DNA from: Eledone cirrhosa
Lineage: Eukaryota
Assembly (NCBI GenBank): GCA_964016885.1
Contig: OZ024746.1
Coordinates: forward strand, 14,570,001 to 14,634,000
DNA length: 64,000 bases
Direction of reading: 5' to 3'
Shown: in pieces, positions 1-14,974 of the stretch
Layout of the letters: each line of letters starts with the position of its first letter
Position numbering within the stretch: position 1 is the first letter of the stretch
The notes under the pieces: generated by a model
Database searches by the model: none
Seen by the model: the letters and a program-made list of their open reading frames with translations, nothing else
Told to the model about the DNA's origin: nothing
Made by a program: the position numbers and the translations under genes

Positions 1-151
1 CTTTCCATCTCTCTATTTTGTTGCATGCATTTCTTCTTTTTCTTCTTTTTCTTCGTTTTCTTTCTTTCTTTCCTTCTTTCTCTCTTTCTTTCTTTCTGTT
101 TACAATTTTTCACTGCCAAATCAACTTTTTCAAATACAAGTCGATGTTGAA

Positions 152-298
152 CGGTATGTCAAATCTATTTATCTATAAAACTGTCTATATTGTATTTTGT
201 CTGAGGAAGGCATAACATATTGTTAATATGATATCCCTGAAATATATATAATGAAATAAATATGGTTTTATAAATATAGTTTCCATTTATTTAATATC

Positions 299-301
<3 letters not shown>
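152..301 (+). mobile_element. Hammerhead-bearing PLE-like pLTR fragment, family 2 (diverged solo copy)
   Basis: Similar by eye to 40180-40324 (ggtatgtcaa...atgaaataaatatggttttataaatatagtttccattt...aatatcgt). Runs directly into (TA)n at 301-356. Confidence 0.8.
193..258 (+). ncRNA. Minimal type-I hammerhead ribozyme
   Basis: tattttgt-CTGAGGA(201-207)-stem II-GAAA(239-242)-tatata-TA-atgaaata. Stem I pairs using two G-U pairs; stem III is palindromic. Confidence 0.7.
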
Positions 302-358
<57 letters not shown>

Positions 359-1010
359 GGCGGGGGGGCGTGTGTATGTGTGTGTGTGTGTTTATCTTTA
401 CTGCTTTCTTTCCCCAACTAAAAAGGAAATATCAAATAATTGGATTTTTACGTAAATCATTCAGAATAGTATCATTCTATTTTTATCAATTGAGTCATTT
501 CCTTAGCTCATTTATCTTTACAATTGTAAGAATACAATTATACCTACATAATTAGATATAATTAAATTTTATTAGAGCTTTATAGAACACCAACGTTTAC
601 TTATTATCTCATCTCCTTTAATAAGATTTTACAAGTCTGCTATATTGTTGTTATCGTTTCTACCTGAGGCGACGAATATTTTTAATTATTATTCCTAATA
701 TTTGAAAAAAAAACAGTATGAATAATATAAAAACCTTCTGGGGAAAATAACCTACTTAAAATATTTTTTATGTAAAATGAAAATAAATTTCAGATAAATA
801 GTTACAAAAGGCGGATTAGTGCATTGTGTGTGAACCTATCTTGATGTATTTTTCTTCCGTGTTTATTGAATTATATATAATTATCAAAGATTCGTAGTAG
901 TAGATATTTTAATACAAAAAAACATCGAATAGAACACTCGACATAATTATATATATGTTATTTTCTATTTTACATATGTCATCTTACGCCATAGCCTTCT
1001 AAAAATTTAA

Positions 1011-1190
1011 ATAATTGTTTCTACTTTAGGCACAAGGCCAGCAATTACCCAGTGCATTACTGGTACTTTATTTTATCGACCCCGTAAGGATGAAAGGCAA
1101 AGTCAACCTCGGCGGGATTTGAACTCAGATCGTAAAGGGACGTAACTATGCTGGAAAGCATGGCGTCCGACCCTCTACTGACACTGCCAA
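1011..1190 (-). mobile_element. tRNA-derived SINE family A (Deu/Nin-like central domain)
   Basis: Minus strand has B-box-like gagttcaaatccc followed by gttgactttgcctttcatccttacggggtcgataaaataaagtaccag. Many copies in the window. Confidence 0.85.
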
Positions 1191-1211
1191 TATAATACTG
1201 GGTAAATATTG

Positions 1212-1416
1212 GTGTCAGATTTAGGCACAAAGCCAACAATTTTGGGGGAAGTGAAAATCGATTAAACCGACCCCAGTGCATTACTGGTACTATATTTTAT
1301 CGACCCCGTAAAATTGAAAGGCAAAGATAACCTCGACAGATCATAAAGGGACATAACCCTATGCCATAAAGCATGGCATCTGACCCTCTACCGATACTGC
1401 CAACCCACCACCCTTT
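1212..1416 (-). mobile_element. SINE family A copy with 16-bp TSD
   Basis: Same core as 1011-1190; flanked by direct repeat tactgggtaaatattg (1196-1211, 1417-1432). Confidence 0.85.
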
Positions 1417-2704
1417 TACTGGGTAAATATTGAAAGAAGATCTGCTGTTCCTTACTACTGTTTAAACATCATGTGTACATAGTGTTATGTGGGAAAATAA
1501 GTTTCATTTCCAAAATTGTCTGCTACCGAAAGCTTGATAAAATCATCAAATTTAATTAAGTGTCTAGAAATATGTCAGCAAATATATCTGAAGTGTATGT
1601 ATGTGTAGTGATGGTGGGTAGTGTTAGTAGTGGTGGAGATTTTGGTATCTATGAGTGTGTGTGTATCTGTTTCTTTGTATGTACGACCATTATAAAATAT
1701 ACATGACTATACAGCTCTGTTGCAAACATAAAATGTGCTTCGTCAAATACTTTTTGTGCTTATAAATATCAGCGTCTGGTCACTAAACCTTACATTATAA
1801 TTAATACTCTTAAAAGATAAATAAAACTTGTACATAACATTTTTAATATAGATTATGAACAAAATATGTTCATGATTATTCTAAACGAAATGCTTTTAAT
1901 TAATTAGAATAAATAATAGAGATTAAATTTATTATAAATTAAGTTTTATATGGCCAGTTCAGATTTTACTTAAAATAAAAATGTTGTTTTTAGAGAAAAT
2001 ATTTCGTAAAAAAATAATTATGCACCAGTAAATTATAATAACAGAAGATTTGAGTTTTGTAACAACTGGGAGGAATGTTCCTTTTGAAAAAAAGAGACTT
2101 TATTCTGTAAATTATACGTCTTAGAATGTTATAACACACATTTTGCATATCTTTAAAAACAAATTGAACGTAATATTACATTTAATCCAATATGCCCTAC
2201 AATTATATAAAAAACATTAACCCACTCATGATACACATTGAAACTTACATATAAATGAAACAAATTTGTATAAATGCACCACCATTGCTGGAAAGTTTGA
2301 AAGCGTTGTAATATTGGCCGAATAAAATGTAACGATATCATGGATCCTGCAGGTGTTATTAACGTTTGTGTGGCAGAATTTCATTTGATCGTTGAAAATC
2401 CATCTCTGATGGAAATATCAGAATGTATGTTATTGCACTGGTTGTAGTATACGTTGATTCTATTTGACTACAGGTCAGTTCTAACTGAGAAAACACGATA
2501 GTTGACTATCTTTTAGGACTATGTACGGCTAGATTATCTAATGTTTCCACTCTTTAAGATAATATAGCGCCATTTGAGGGTGTGTTTAGTAGATATGTGG
2601 TTGCTATTTCCAGGAAGTCTATAAACTACGTAATGAATTCTTATGTAATTCAGTTCTGTTTTCAGGGACTTTTTTGAGTGTCCATCATATAAGACACACA
2701 GTCA

Positions 2705-2970
2705 TTAAGTTGACGGAAATGTCGGGTATGGTGGTAGATATGTATTGAGAAAAGGATGGAATGTATTGACAAAGAATAGAAGAGTATTGCGTTGCTGCGA
2801 GAAAGGAAGGAGACTCCAATGAAGCCGTCAATGCAGCGACCATATAGTTCAGGAGTGGGGCCCGTGGACGATGAGTAGCCGACGGAATGGTTGACTTAGT
2901 TGGATCTCATTCTCGTACCCATAGCAACCTCTGTAACTCGCTGATAAACCTCAGTTGATCAGGCTCATAC
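2705..2970 (-). pseudogene. Decayed Penelope-like element reverse transcriptase fragment
   Basis: Manual minus-strand translation, with stops and shifts, gives YQRVTEVAMGTRMRSN*VNHSVGY, TGPTPELYGRCIDGFIGV and TIPDISVNL. These resemble the PLE RT motifs GxAMGxxMGPxYANLFxG, YxRYIDD and SVxFLD. Confidence 0.7.
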
Positions 2971-2999
2971 CCAGGAGATGATAATATGTTTATATATGT

Positions 3000-3385
3000 A
3001 AAAGAGAGAAAATGGGGGAAGAGAAAAAAATAGATCGAAACCTAGAGAGAAAAAGTTAAAAAGAGGAAAATGCATGTAGCATGTAGAGAGCTATAAATGA
3101 CGTTTGTTTTACTCCTTTCTCAACTGCAGACCTGCCAACCTCTAAAAACCCAAATGGGGAGTACAATGAGAACAAGTACCCCAACACGAGGAGGAATGAG
3201 GCAAAATGGGGAGATTTTACATAATGAAAACTATACCTATTTTCACAAGAGAAGTTATCTCTCACCCACCCCAAACTAGGTGGAAGATCTCCCCGTCGGA
3301 CGGGGAGAGTTGACAGGTCTGCAATTGTCTCTCTTTTTTTTCTCTCCCACAACCACCTCAATTCAAGAGGACGCTCATTCATTCT
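3000..3385 (-). mobile_element. Possible Tx1/L1-like 3' UTR remnant
   Basis: Weak similarity (agaggacgctcattcattc) to the ORF-end region of 59070-59520; GC-rich hairpin ctccccgt-cgg-acggggag near 3288-3308. Confidence 0.3.
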
Positions 3386-4419
3386 ACATTACTTTTATTT
3401 AAATTCTCCTTTTCGCGTTTAGGCTATCGGATTTGAAGAATTCTTTTTCATTCAATATTTAGGGATACTCATCTCTATGATGTTTTGTTGAGAAAAGGTA
3501 ACGTTGATTCTTATATAGATATACAATGTGTCTATGTGCGAGAAAGATAGAGTGAGGGGGAGAGAGACGATTAACCAGGCGGAAATATGTACAAATAGTG
3601 CAAGTACTTTTTCCAACGTTACCAAGATTTGTTAGAAAAAACTATTAGCTGATTATTAGATAAATTGTCTGATTCATTACTGAGTCTTTTGGGTGGATAT
3701 TTAAGTGTGCTTTGTATTTTTAATTTATAAATGTTATCTTAAAATAACTTACCTAGTCTATATAGTTGAAATAGAGACCTTGGGGAATTATATTTCACAG
3801 GTGTATAAATTTATAGTATCTGTTTAATTGGTGGATCCTACTCAAATCTGTTTTTAGCTGTAACATTCAGATAATACAGCACCTCGTTTCATTAAAATGG
3901 AATAACTGTCGAGCAAATGGCACTCACATGCAATCGATAAAAAATAATATATTTTAGAAATCTCGGTAACAGAGTTGCTCTGAAGTAATTCTAAAACTCA
4001 TAAATATAAATTTCAATTAGTATTGCAATATCTTAGTAATAATTTTCTTGTAAGAAACTTAGTTTCAAATTGTAGTTTTCTGTAATCTTTCGTTCGAATT
4101 TTGTTTTCTTTGTGTAGTATGTTATGCATTATTTAACATAAAATTATAAAATTGGCATTATCTCGAATTTTAATTAACTTGTAAAAATGATACTGTATTC
4201 CAACTGCTTATTATCTCAAGTTATTTGAATTTTTATAATGATAGAGCACGATGTTACTATGCAACTGGAAGCAGAACACATATTTTAAAGCTAAACTTTG
4301 ACATTTTGTGATAAGGAGTTTGGTGAAACGAGAATTATATCGATCACATTAAGTTCAAAGCATATAATATTAACATATAGAAACATTGACGGCCATGTTA
4401 CTGTCTCCCGTAATCATTT

Positions 4420-5000
4420 AATTGCTATAGACACCCGAATGACTTCGAAGTAGTAATTTAAATTCCATTACAATTCTTTTTTCATATACTTGGCAAAGGT
4501 GCACCAATGAAGTTACAAGCAAGTATTGTTGAGTTATCGTTTTGTGTATGATATAATGTATACCAAGCATTTTCTTAAATTTATGATTATTAAAATATTG
4601 TTTTGGTGAATATATAATTTTTTCTCGAGTTCTAAATAAGGGAAGTGGGAATACAATACACTTCAACCAAAACTCACCTTTGGAGTGTTCCGGTCATGCA
4701 AAGTAAAATAGTACTGATATAGCCTGAACGGATCCAATTTCTTTTTAAACTTTTAAATAATTCAATAAGAATTGACCTTCTACTAAGCCAATTAGGTGAA
4801 GTCAATGGACATGGTTAGATATTATAATAGATCTCCTCAGCAAAATAGATCTTTCTCCTAAATAGGAAACTTTTATATTGTATTGTGTATCTACACGTAC
4901 TTTTGGATTTTGCAAACACGAAGTGAAAGGTTCAATACCAATGTAAATTATAGTACATATCAGCGAGTAATTCTTTGAGTTTCGTAATGACTCGCTGATC
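4420..5000 (-). pseudogene. Possible heavily decayed L1/Tx1-like RT remnant
   Basis: Track ORFs contain IYIGIEPFTSCLQN..IKVSY and KMLGIHY, loosely like L1 RT motifs (LxIEPL..KxSLYADD; KILGI). No catalytic motif is retained. Confidence 0.25.
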
Positions 5001-5637
5001 AAACAACAAATATATAACGGATGGATTTATAAATGTATATCATTGTTTCACATATATAAAGATAGATAGTGTGACAAATTCATCTCATATACACTTGAGT
5101 GAGTCATTTAAAAAAACAGCCTTGTGAGTGGAATATAGTACTTACAATAACATTTCATATTTTTTTTTTTCAACTTATAAACAGATTAATAGAATGGCAA
5201 ATTCTTCCAACATATACATATTATCCTTCGTGTTTTTCTTCATTCTCTTCCTTTCTTTTGTCATGCCAGTGGTTATGGTGGTTCTTTGAAGTTCAGATGT
5301 TAATTGGAATATATATATTTTTGTGTAGATTTCCAATCTAGGACCACATTACTAGACTTCAGCTGTTACTCCACTTCTTTTTGCGTGTATTTCAAAATTG
5401 GGCGGAAAATACACTTTCTTCCATCTTAATTTCGGCTACTTTACAGTACAAGGGACTCGTTAAAGACCTCATCTTTTGATTATGAACATTAAGTAAACTG
5501 AGAACTAAGGTTGGAAACTGCCTGTTGTTCAAATAAATTAGATTAGATTCTCCCAGGGTTGCCTATATGTTTTGGTCAATGAAGAAAGGGTGACATGTTA
5601 AATGAAGAGACTCAGGCAGGGGGGAGCTACTTTATCC

Positions 5638-5709
<72 letters not shown>

Positions 5710-5725
5710 GGTGGTGGTGGTGGTG
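5638..5725. repeat. (AGT)n/(GGT)n compound microsatellite
   Basis: Directly visible. Confidence 0.95.
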
Positions 5726-8700
5726 TCTAGGGCCCTTCTAAATCTGTAAGCTAGTTCGCTTCTGTGTCTGTCTATGTGTGTGCACGCGTGTATTTGCGTG
5801 TGTGGGTGTGTGCGTATGTGTCTGTGTGTGTGTGTGATTGTGTGTGTGTGGGGGGAGGTTGTTTGGGAAAACTAAAAATGTGTACTTTAGAGACGTAATC
5901 TATTTCACCATCTGTGATGCAATAAATCAATGAGTGACTCGTTGGAAACGTAACCAATGGCGTTATCGTTCATAAATTGATATAAAATAATATCATACCA
6001 TGTGTATATTGTCATTTAATACTACACGAGGTTATTTTACTCCTATATTGATTATTTCTCACATTAATTCTACCACTACGTCTATTTTTCTGACAAATTA
6101 ACTGAATGGTTTTTAATTCAATTTCAATTCTTTTCGCGTTTTAATGTCAATTTTATTTATTTCATAATCTCCACTAAAACGCTATGCCCTCAGGGATAGA
6201 GAGAGAAATACGCTAATGATTCGTATCAAATTATTTTTATTTATATTCTTGTCATTTAAATTACTCTTGTCATGATATAGCACCAACATATTTTTGTCTG
6301 AAATGAAAACAGAAGAAACAACTTAATATCACTTATCTATTGATTAATTTGGCTAATATTATTTTTAATATTATTTATAATGTTATCTTAATATAGTGTA
6401 TATAATATTGCTTTTCCTTTTATTGTGTTGTTGCGTAGACTATTATTTGAATCACTTATTCCATTTCACTTTCTAGTCGACTGATTTGTTTATCATATTT
6501 ATCAATAACAGGAGAGGCGAAATTATTGTCAGTATAACATAGAATCCTCTCAAACGATATTAGCATCGTACTTTACAACTGACAGAAACGAATATGAGAA
6601 AATATTTGAAGAAATGTATTTATGGTTGATGGTTTATAATGTATTAACATTAAATCTAGTTTCATAGGGTATCGAAATGTAAATCTAATAGCAAAAACAA
6701 TTTTTACCTCTGACCGACATTGCAATGTTATTCGTAACAAGTTTTCAAAATATATTGAGAGATTCTTTTGCTGCTATTAGATCATATTTTATACACACCT
6801 AACATCAAAACAAATATATAAGTATATATTGTTTATCTAGATCAAAGACAACACTAGGTTTTAACGTTTTTTGTTTTTCTTTTTTATACGGTTTCAAAAA
6901 TACAAGAAACTGATTTGATAAGAAATATATATCACACATAAACAGTATACGTAAATAAATATACGCTTCTACAAAAACGCTTACATATAGTTTTCAGTTA
7001 TTTTTTAGCTTCTGAAATAGAAAATAATATAACCTCATATGCGCAACTGAACAAACCATCACGCATTATATGGACAACATTTAATTCACCGAACAAACAA
7101 AAACATATACCCTCTAGATTTATAACTATTATAAAGCTATACAAATACAAATATACATATATCACTTATAAAATGACAAAAATGGAATACAATCGATTCA
7201 GAGACTAACATTTTCATGTTTACATTTTAGGTCATTTTTAGTATGATTGCTGATGAAAATGTCAAAAAGTAAGGCATGGTGCAAATAATGGAACAATATA
7301 CACATTACTCATCATCTCAAAATCCTCTCATAGTAGTTATCTGCTCAAATATTTCGTATTCAGTGTTTGATATTTCCTCACACAATTTGTGTTAAGGGTC
7401 TTATGTTTTCTATGAGTTCTCTATGTTTATATGAATATGTTTCAGGACAAATACAATCTTATCCCACCCCATCCTCAGAGAATGTGTTTTACACTGTGAT
7501 GGATTGTAAATGTCAAGGTAGAATTTCTCTCATGATCATCTTTAAGATGATCAGTCTGTTCATCTGTGTAATCCACAACAAATATGTCAACATAACGAGT
7601 ACAAATCGTGTGGTTGTATTTTGGGACTACAATGCTTTCCCCTTTAGGCATATAGAATGACGGGAATGGGAGCCTCAGTTGTACATGCTAACAGTAATGT
7701 TTTCATTCTGTTTCTAAATATACTATAGTCTAATTTTGGTTAAAATATCCAAGGGTAAGATCACTCAGTCCATAGGACGAAATGTACGGAAAATATGCAT
7801 GGAATGGTTTTATGACATGGGCTAAACATCACAGAAAACAGTATTATTTCGAGTGAGTATATAAACGATAAAACAGCACAATAGATATTTGAAATCCTTT
7901 ATATCTATTTCAGGCTGCAGCCTCTCAAACTTTTGATCAAGCGTTTAATTATTTGCTATATGTCTGAGCATGTGTAAACAATTATATTATATTCCATTCC
8001 CATGGGAAAATATAATGAAACACCTTTAATTTCTGTACAGTCCTCATAGTTACAGTGGTTCCCAGAATTCTGTCTATTTACAGCAATAAATAAATTCAAA
8101 TCGCATGCTTTCGATATCTTTTTAGATATTTTCAGCAATTCTTGAACGGATTAGGAGTACTTGGTTTTGTTGTAATATGTGAGTAAATTTCTTTGGCTTT
8201 TCAAACAGCAAGAAATGAAATCAAATTCAAATAAGAAGGAAATACTCCAATCAAACTAAAAGTCTGAGAGTATTAACAAAAGTCGTGTGTGAAGCTGGAA
8301 TTTTCGAACTTACTAAGAACCGAAGAAATAAATTTATAAGCTATTTTATAGCACTGACTCTAATTGAAGTTATTTTCTGCGTCTGAGCTCCCTACCTCTC
8401 CTCAGAGTATTGTTTCAGAGTACGTAGAAATATAATTAAATATCCCAATAAGACTATGACTACATTGAAATAAAAACATTTGTTATGATGTTTCAATCAT
8501 AGGCACACTGCCTAAAATGACTATCCTTTTCGAGGAGGTTTTGTGAGGTACTTATTTTATCGAACCAGGAAAGAAAAACATCAAAGCCAGCCTCAAAAGA
8601 GCTTGACGAACCACACATTTATAAGCATTGTATTTCAACATCATTTTTAAAAAGTATGAAGAACTAAGTTAAAACAAACCGATAACTTTTGGAATAGAAG

Positions 8701-11700
8701 CGTAATAAATATTTACATCACCGGTCCTGAGTAAAACATACTCCAGTTATTTCATATCACCCTTACAATAAATATGTAAAGAGTGTAATTGAAATAGCTT
8801 CTAGAACTACTCATTTATTAATCATTATTATTAATTATTATAAATATAGTTACAATTAGACTAATTATGACTGAGAGAAATGGTAGAAAATTCTTTCTTC
8901 CTGTACATTTTCTGTTTAAATTTCATCAGCGTTCCCTTTGAGTTTTATACAGTGTGGGTCTTAATTTGATCAAGGTCTCCTCTGCTAATAGTAACTTTGT
9001 GTCCACTCAAAATAATTTGACATCATTTAAAACAAATTATGTAATATAAATGAATAGCTCCTTACATCATTCTGCAACAATCTAATTACTCTTTATAGAA
9101 AATAACTTTTTTATTACATTTTAAATAATTATTTTTGATTCACTATCAATCTCTCATTTATTTACAATTTCACGGTTAAAGAATTAACCAGGCAATGAAC
9201 CAAGAAAATAGAACATTAAAACTACTGAAGCTAATTCTTCAATTAGTTAGGCTCCAATGGAAACAACCATCTATTCTGACAGATGACCATTATTGCACTT
9301 CCATAATTAATAGCCGTATATTTCAAAACAAAATACACTTGTGTAGATTTTATTGAGGAAATGATTCTTTAAGCAATTCATTTCTTGTATGTGACAAAGC
9401 TTCAATTATGTTTTACTTCGGAACAAAATTAATAATTGTGACCTATGTTACATAGTTTGTTTCATACCCTTTGAAGCGAGATTGGGTTTAATTGGGTCAC
9501 CAAACTTTGTAGCTATAGACAAATATTAAAAGAAAGAAATTTACTGGACACATTTTTATTTCTAAAATTATCAATTTCTTTCTAATTTCTTTCTAAATAT
9601 TAATTTTCGCGACTTTTAGATAATAGAATATAAGATTTCGAAAGTTACCTGTTATATTGCAAAATTATTTTTATATATGACCACAAATAATATTTAAGTA
9701 TACTACCGCAAATGTTTTTCACCTGTTAGATTCCCATACAATGTTTTTTGTTAAAGAACTGCTTCGCCCTCCCAAAACTCCACAATTTGCTCTACAGTGC
9801 TTCATGTTATCCCAACACAGGACATCTCTGTAATCTCGACGCCAAAATTCATTTGTGTTCAGAATTCATCGACAACGTCGGTTTAATTACAGAGGCTGGC
9901 ATCATGCAACACTCCCTGTGAGGTTCTGTGGCCTCAACCTTCCCTTAGGTTACGAATTGGTGTTGACGGCCTATCTTTCATTCATCGACTTCAGTGATGC
10001 CTTCATCCACCAGGTTCTCCGTAAAACATCCTAATCTAACGTGGGGCGAGGAATCGAGTCGGTGATGATTATCTGAGTGAGTGATGACCTTAATGCACCG
10101 CAGTACGCAGCTTACCAACCTTACCGACGCGACTCGGACACTATCAAATGTAGTTCAACCTGCCCGAGTATTGAGCTGTTTCTACACTAATGCTGTTTCA
10201 CACTTCCTCAACCGATACTCATCTTAGACGCCACATGTAGCTCTTTCTCCTGTGTTAATCTTATCCTTTCGATCTTAAACTCGGGTGCGACCACTAGTAG
10301 GGCAGAGAAGCAGAAGATGAACACATACCTGACATTAACAAACCGATTCATTTTTGTGTTAGTTGAGACCTCCAGTAATTCCCCGCCAAATCGGAAAAAG
10401 AGCCTCATCCCTGAAGAAGGAGCTCTATGAGGTGTAATGACTAGAGTCATGGATATCACTGGCTGTTCTTCGCGGCAACACTTTCACTATCTTGTTCTCG
10501 GAGCGCATCTAAGTTATAATGCTCAACCGAAAATATAGTATTTACCTCCCTTTTTGCTATTAATTCTAATTGTTTCATTAATTTTAAATAAAATGTATTC
10601 TTCTATTTTGGTTATTGTGTATAACAATTCATTCGAAAATTCACTTAACTGTTAAATTACACAAAAAAAAGAATGAAATATGGAAAAATGTACGAGGGAA
10701 AATTGGTATTCACACTTTCACTAATTTAATGTGTATTTTTTTACAACAGAGTTAGATTAAAACTCAAACTAAACTAAACTTCATGTTAACTTTGGAACTA
10801 CAAAAGGAAAATGATTCCGTTTGATTTTCTATTTAAAATTCTATTTAAATATATTGTTTCAAATATTGATTCCATTCGTTTAGTTCTGTAGAAAATCATA
10901 GATTTATGAAGCGTTTAGAGTCTAACTATTCAAATCGTCTGTTAATTTAATATCTCTCACGTGATTTTATTTGTATAATAAGTTAAAAATTCAATACGCA
11001 TTTACAATAAAATATCTATTTAGTTTCATCAATCAATACGAAGGGGTAATATCATATTGTATTTTATTATTGCTCAGTGTTTTATCTCTATAAGTAGGAA
11101 TATATTCTTTTCAAAAACACATTATTGTATTGAGATAGCTATGTGGCACTCATTATGTGATAGATAACAGAACCTAAGATGAACTTCAACTTATTCTTTG
11201 TTATGCAACTGTTCATTAAACTTATATACAATGCTAATATAGATTACAAATAATAATTTCATGTATTCCTGAACCTCCACTAAAAGAAGGAAAGTGTATA
11301 TAGATATATCTCATATTTCGAAACAATACGAAAATCCTTACAATATTCTTCTGTCTTGTTTTATAGTTAACTATCAAATATAAATTATATCACTAAGATT
11401 AGTAACTAGTCGGACAGAAGAGTGCATTTCTTTTATATATAAAGTACAGAGGTATAATCTTGTGTTGGATTTATCTCACAATTTTGCTATTATTCAAAAG
11501 GGGAAATGGAATTTATAACGAAAACAGTACTGAATTTCTTATGGAAATTTCATATAAGAAAGTAATGTTTCAGATTGCAGAGAAATTTCATATTTTTACG
11601 TTCTTTTCGTCAACAAATTTTTTTTGTTGCAAAAGGAAAATCAAGTTATTGATTTAGTATAAAACTAAACGTAAAGAACAGAAACTACAGATCAATTACG

Positions 11701-12092
11701 GTACTGAATACTAATCAGCCTGGTTAGAATTTGTTTCTTAGACTGACGTATACCTTTGCATACTTATTCTTTATAAGAGAGAAAAAGAATTATTGCTTTT
11801 GAATATTAATGATATAATCTGCAAGAAAATAACAAAACCATGTATATTTTACCGATGCATGTATATATTTGTTCGTGTACATTTATTTATACGTATGTGT
11901 ATATGTGTATACATTTGAGCGCCATTTATTATTCTAAGAATGCAACTAATTGGAGAAGGGATACCTTTTCGACTCTTGATTGTGTCAGTTTACTTCCATT
12001 GTACCAACACTGACTTAAGACGTAATAAACATATATATATATATGTTTATGTGTGTATGAGTGTGTATTTATGTGTGTGTGTGTATATATAT

Positions 12093-12127
<35 letters not shown>

Positions 12128-12129
12128 TA

Positions 12130-12188
12130 TCACATAAGTTCTCAAACGACCTACCGCATACGGACACTTTAACCATCCCATACCAATT
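12130..12188 (+). mobile_element. Short TA-embedded repeat fragment (also at 18535-18615, opposite strand)
   Basis: cctaccgcatacggacactttaaccatcccatacca matches the reverse complement of 18535-18570 (cctaccgcatacggacgctttaagcatccaacacca). Both copies end at the same point against (TA)n. Confidence 0.65.
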
Positions 12189-12201
12189 ATATATGTATGT
12201 G

Positions 12202-12233
<32 letters not shown>

Positions 12234-12238
12234 TATAC

Positions 12239-12896
<658 letters not shown>

Positions 12897-13408
12897 ATAT
12901 TTGGGGGGGGGTCATATTTGCGTAATATTGCCAGAATTAATAACAGAACACACTCACTGTTTGGTTGGTTTTCGCTTCTCGCTGTCTTTTATATATATAT
13001 ATCTGCGATCTAACTTACTCGGTCCTCAATGTTGCCATTGACTGACCGGCGGTCAAAAATAATACAGATACAATATAGACAAACACATATATATATAGTT
13101 TACATAATTTACATAAATCTTATATATATATATATACAAGCAAATTATAAACGTAAACATGTAAGTATGTTTTTGAAACGGTGCGCGAGTTTGAAATTAG
13201 AAATTAGAAAATATAAGCTTTCACCGTATTTTAGACTAAAGAAATTTCAAGCCTGATAGTGGGGTTTATAACCCTCGGAGAAATGGAAAAAGATGAGTGT
13301 TGCCGTACATATTATTGGTGTTGTTGTTACTGCTGTTGTCATTGTTGTTGTTTGTATATGTATATATATATGTATATATATATGTGTATATATATATATA
13401 TATATGTT

Positions 13409-13449
<41 letters not shown>

Positions 13450-13477
13450 GCATATATATATACATATATTTATATAT

Positions 13478-14182
<705 letters not shown>

Positions 14183-14206
14183 CATATATATATATATATA
14201 TGTGTG

Positions 14207-14280
<74 letters not shown>

Positions 14281-14568
14281 TGTGTCTGAGTGTGTGCGAT
14301 TCTCCCTTAAGATCATATCTGAAAGATTTTATTCTAGGTTTATATTTTTTTCTCTCTTTTTGATATTAAATACATTATATTTTATACATTTTGACCTGCA
14401 GCGTTCCTTGTAACGAAATTATATTTATAATGACCTAGTTGCTATAGCGTAAATCATTTGGTTGATTTTTTTTTTCTGAGTGAATATGTAAATATAGATA
14501 CTTTGGGTGAGATGTCACATGATTTGATAGACATGATGGCAAGTACGTTTACAGAAGCAAAAGCAAGA

Positions 14569-14613
14569 ATTTAAATAAAGTAACATTATCCTTCTTGTCA
14601 TGTATAAATACAA

Positions 14614-14665
<52 letters not shown>

Positions 14666-14706
14666 ATTCATACATGACAACATGGATAATGTTACTTTAT
14701 TTAAAT
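14569..14706. repeat. Inverted repeat centred on (CA)n(TA)n(TG)n
   Basis: atttaaataaagtaacattatcc..ttgtcatgtat pairs with atacatgacaa..ggataatgttactttatttaaat, with few mismatches. Confidence 0.85.
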
Positions 14707-14748
14707 ATATGTGTATATATTTATGTGTGTGTGTGTATATACATATAT

Positions 14749-14800
<52 letters not shown>

Positions 14801-14801
14801 C

Positions 14802-14843
<42 letters not shown>

Positions 14844-14892
14844 TAAAACATGTCTATAGAATCACAAGATAAAATATATACCATTTCCTCTC

Positions 14893-14974
<82 letters not shown>

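Noticed and set aside
7245-7300. Other CTGATGA heptamers (e.g. ~7250, 29686, 38103, 50640, 50747, 59714)
   Set aside because: No compatible stem I/II/III and GAAA..UH arrangement.
13130-13300. ctgatag-ggggtttataaccc-..gaaa and an ORF faintly like a PLE C-terminus
   Set aside because: The core deviates from CUGANGA, there is no stem I/III, and the protein similarity is too weak.
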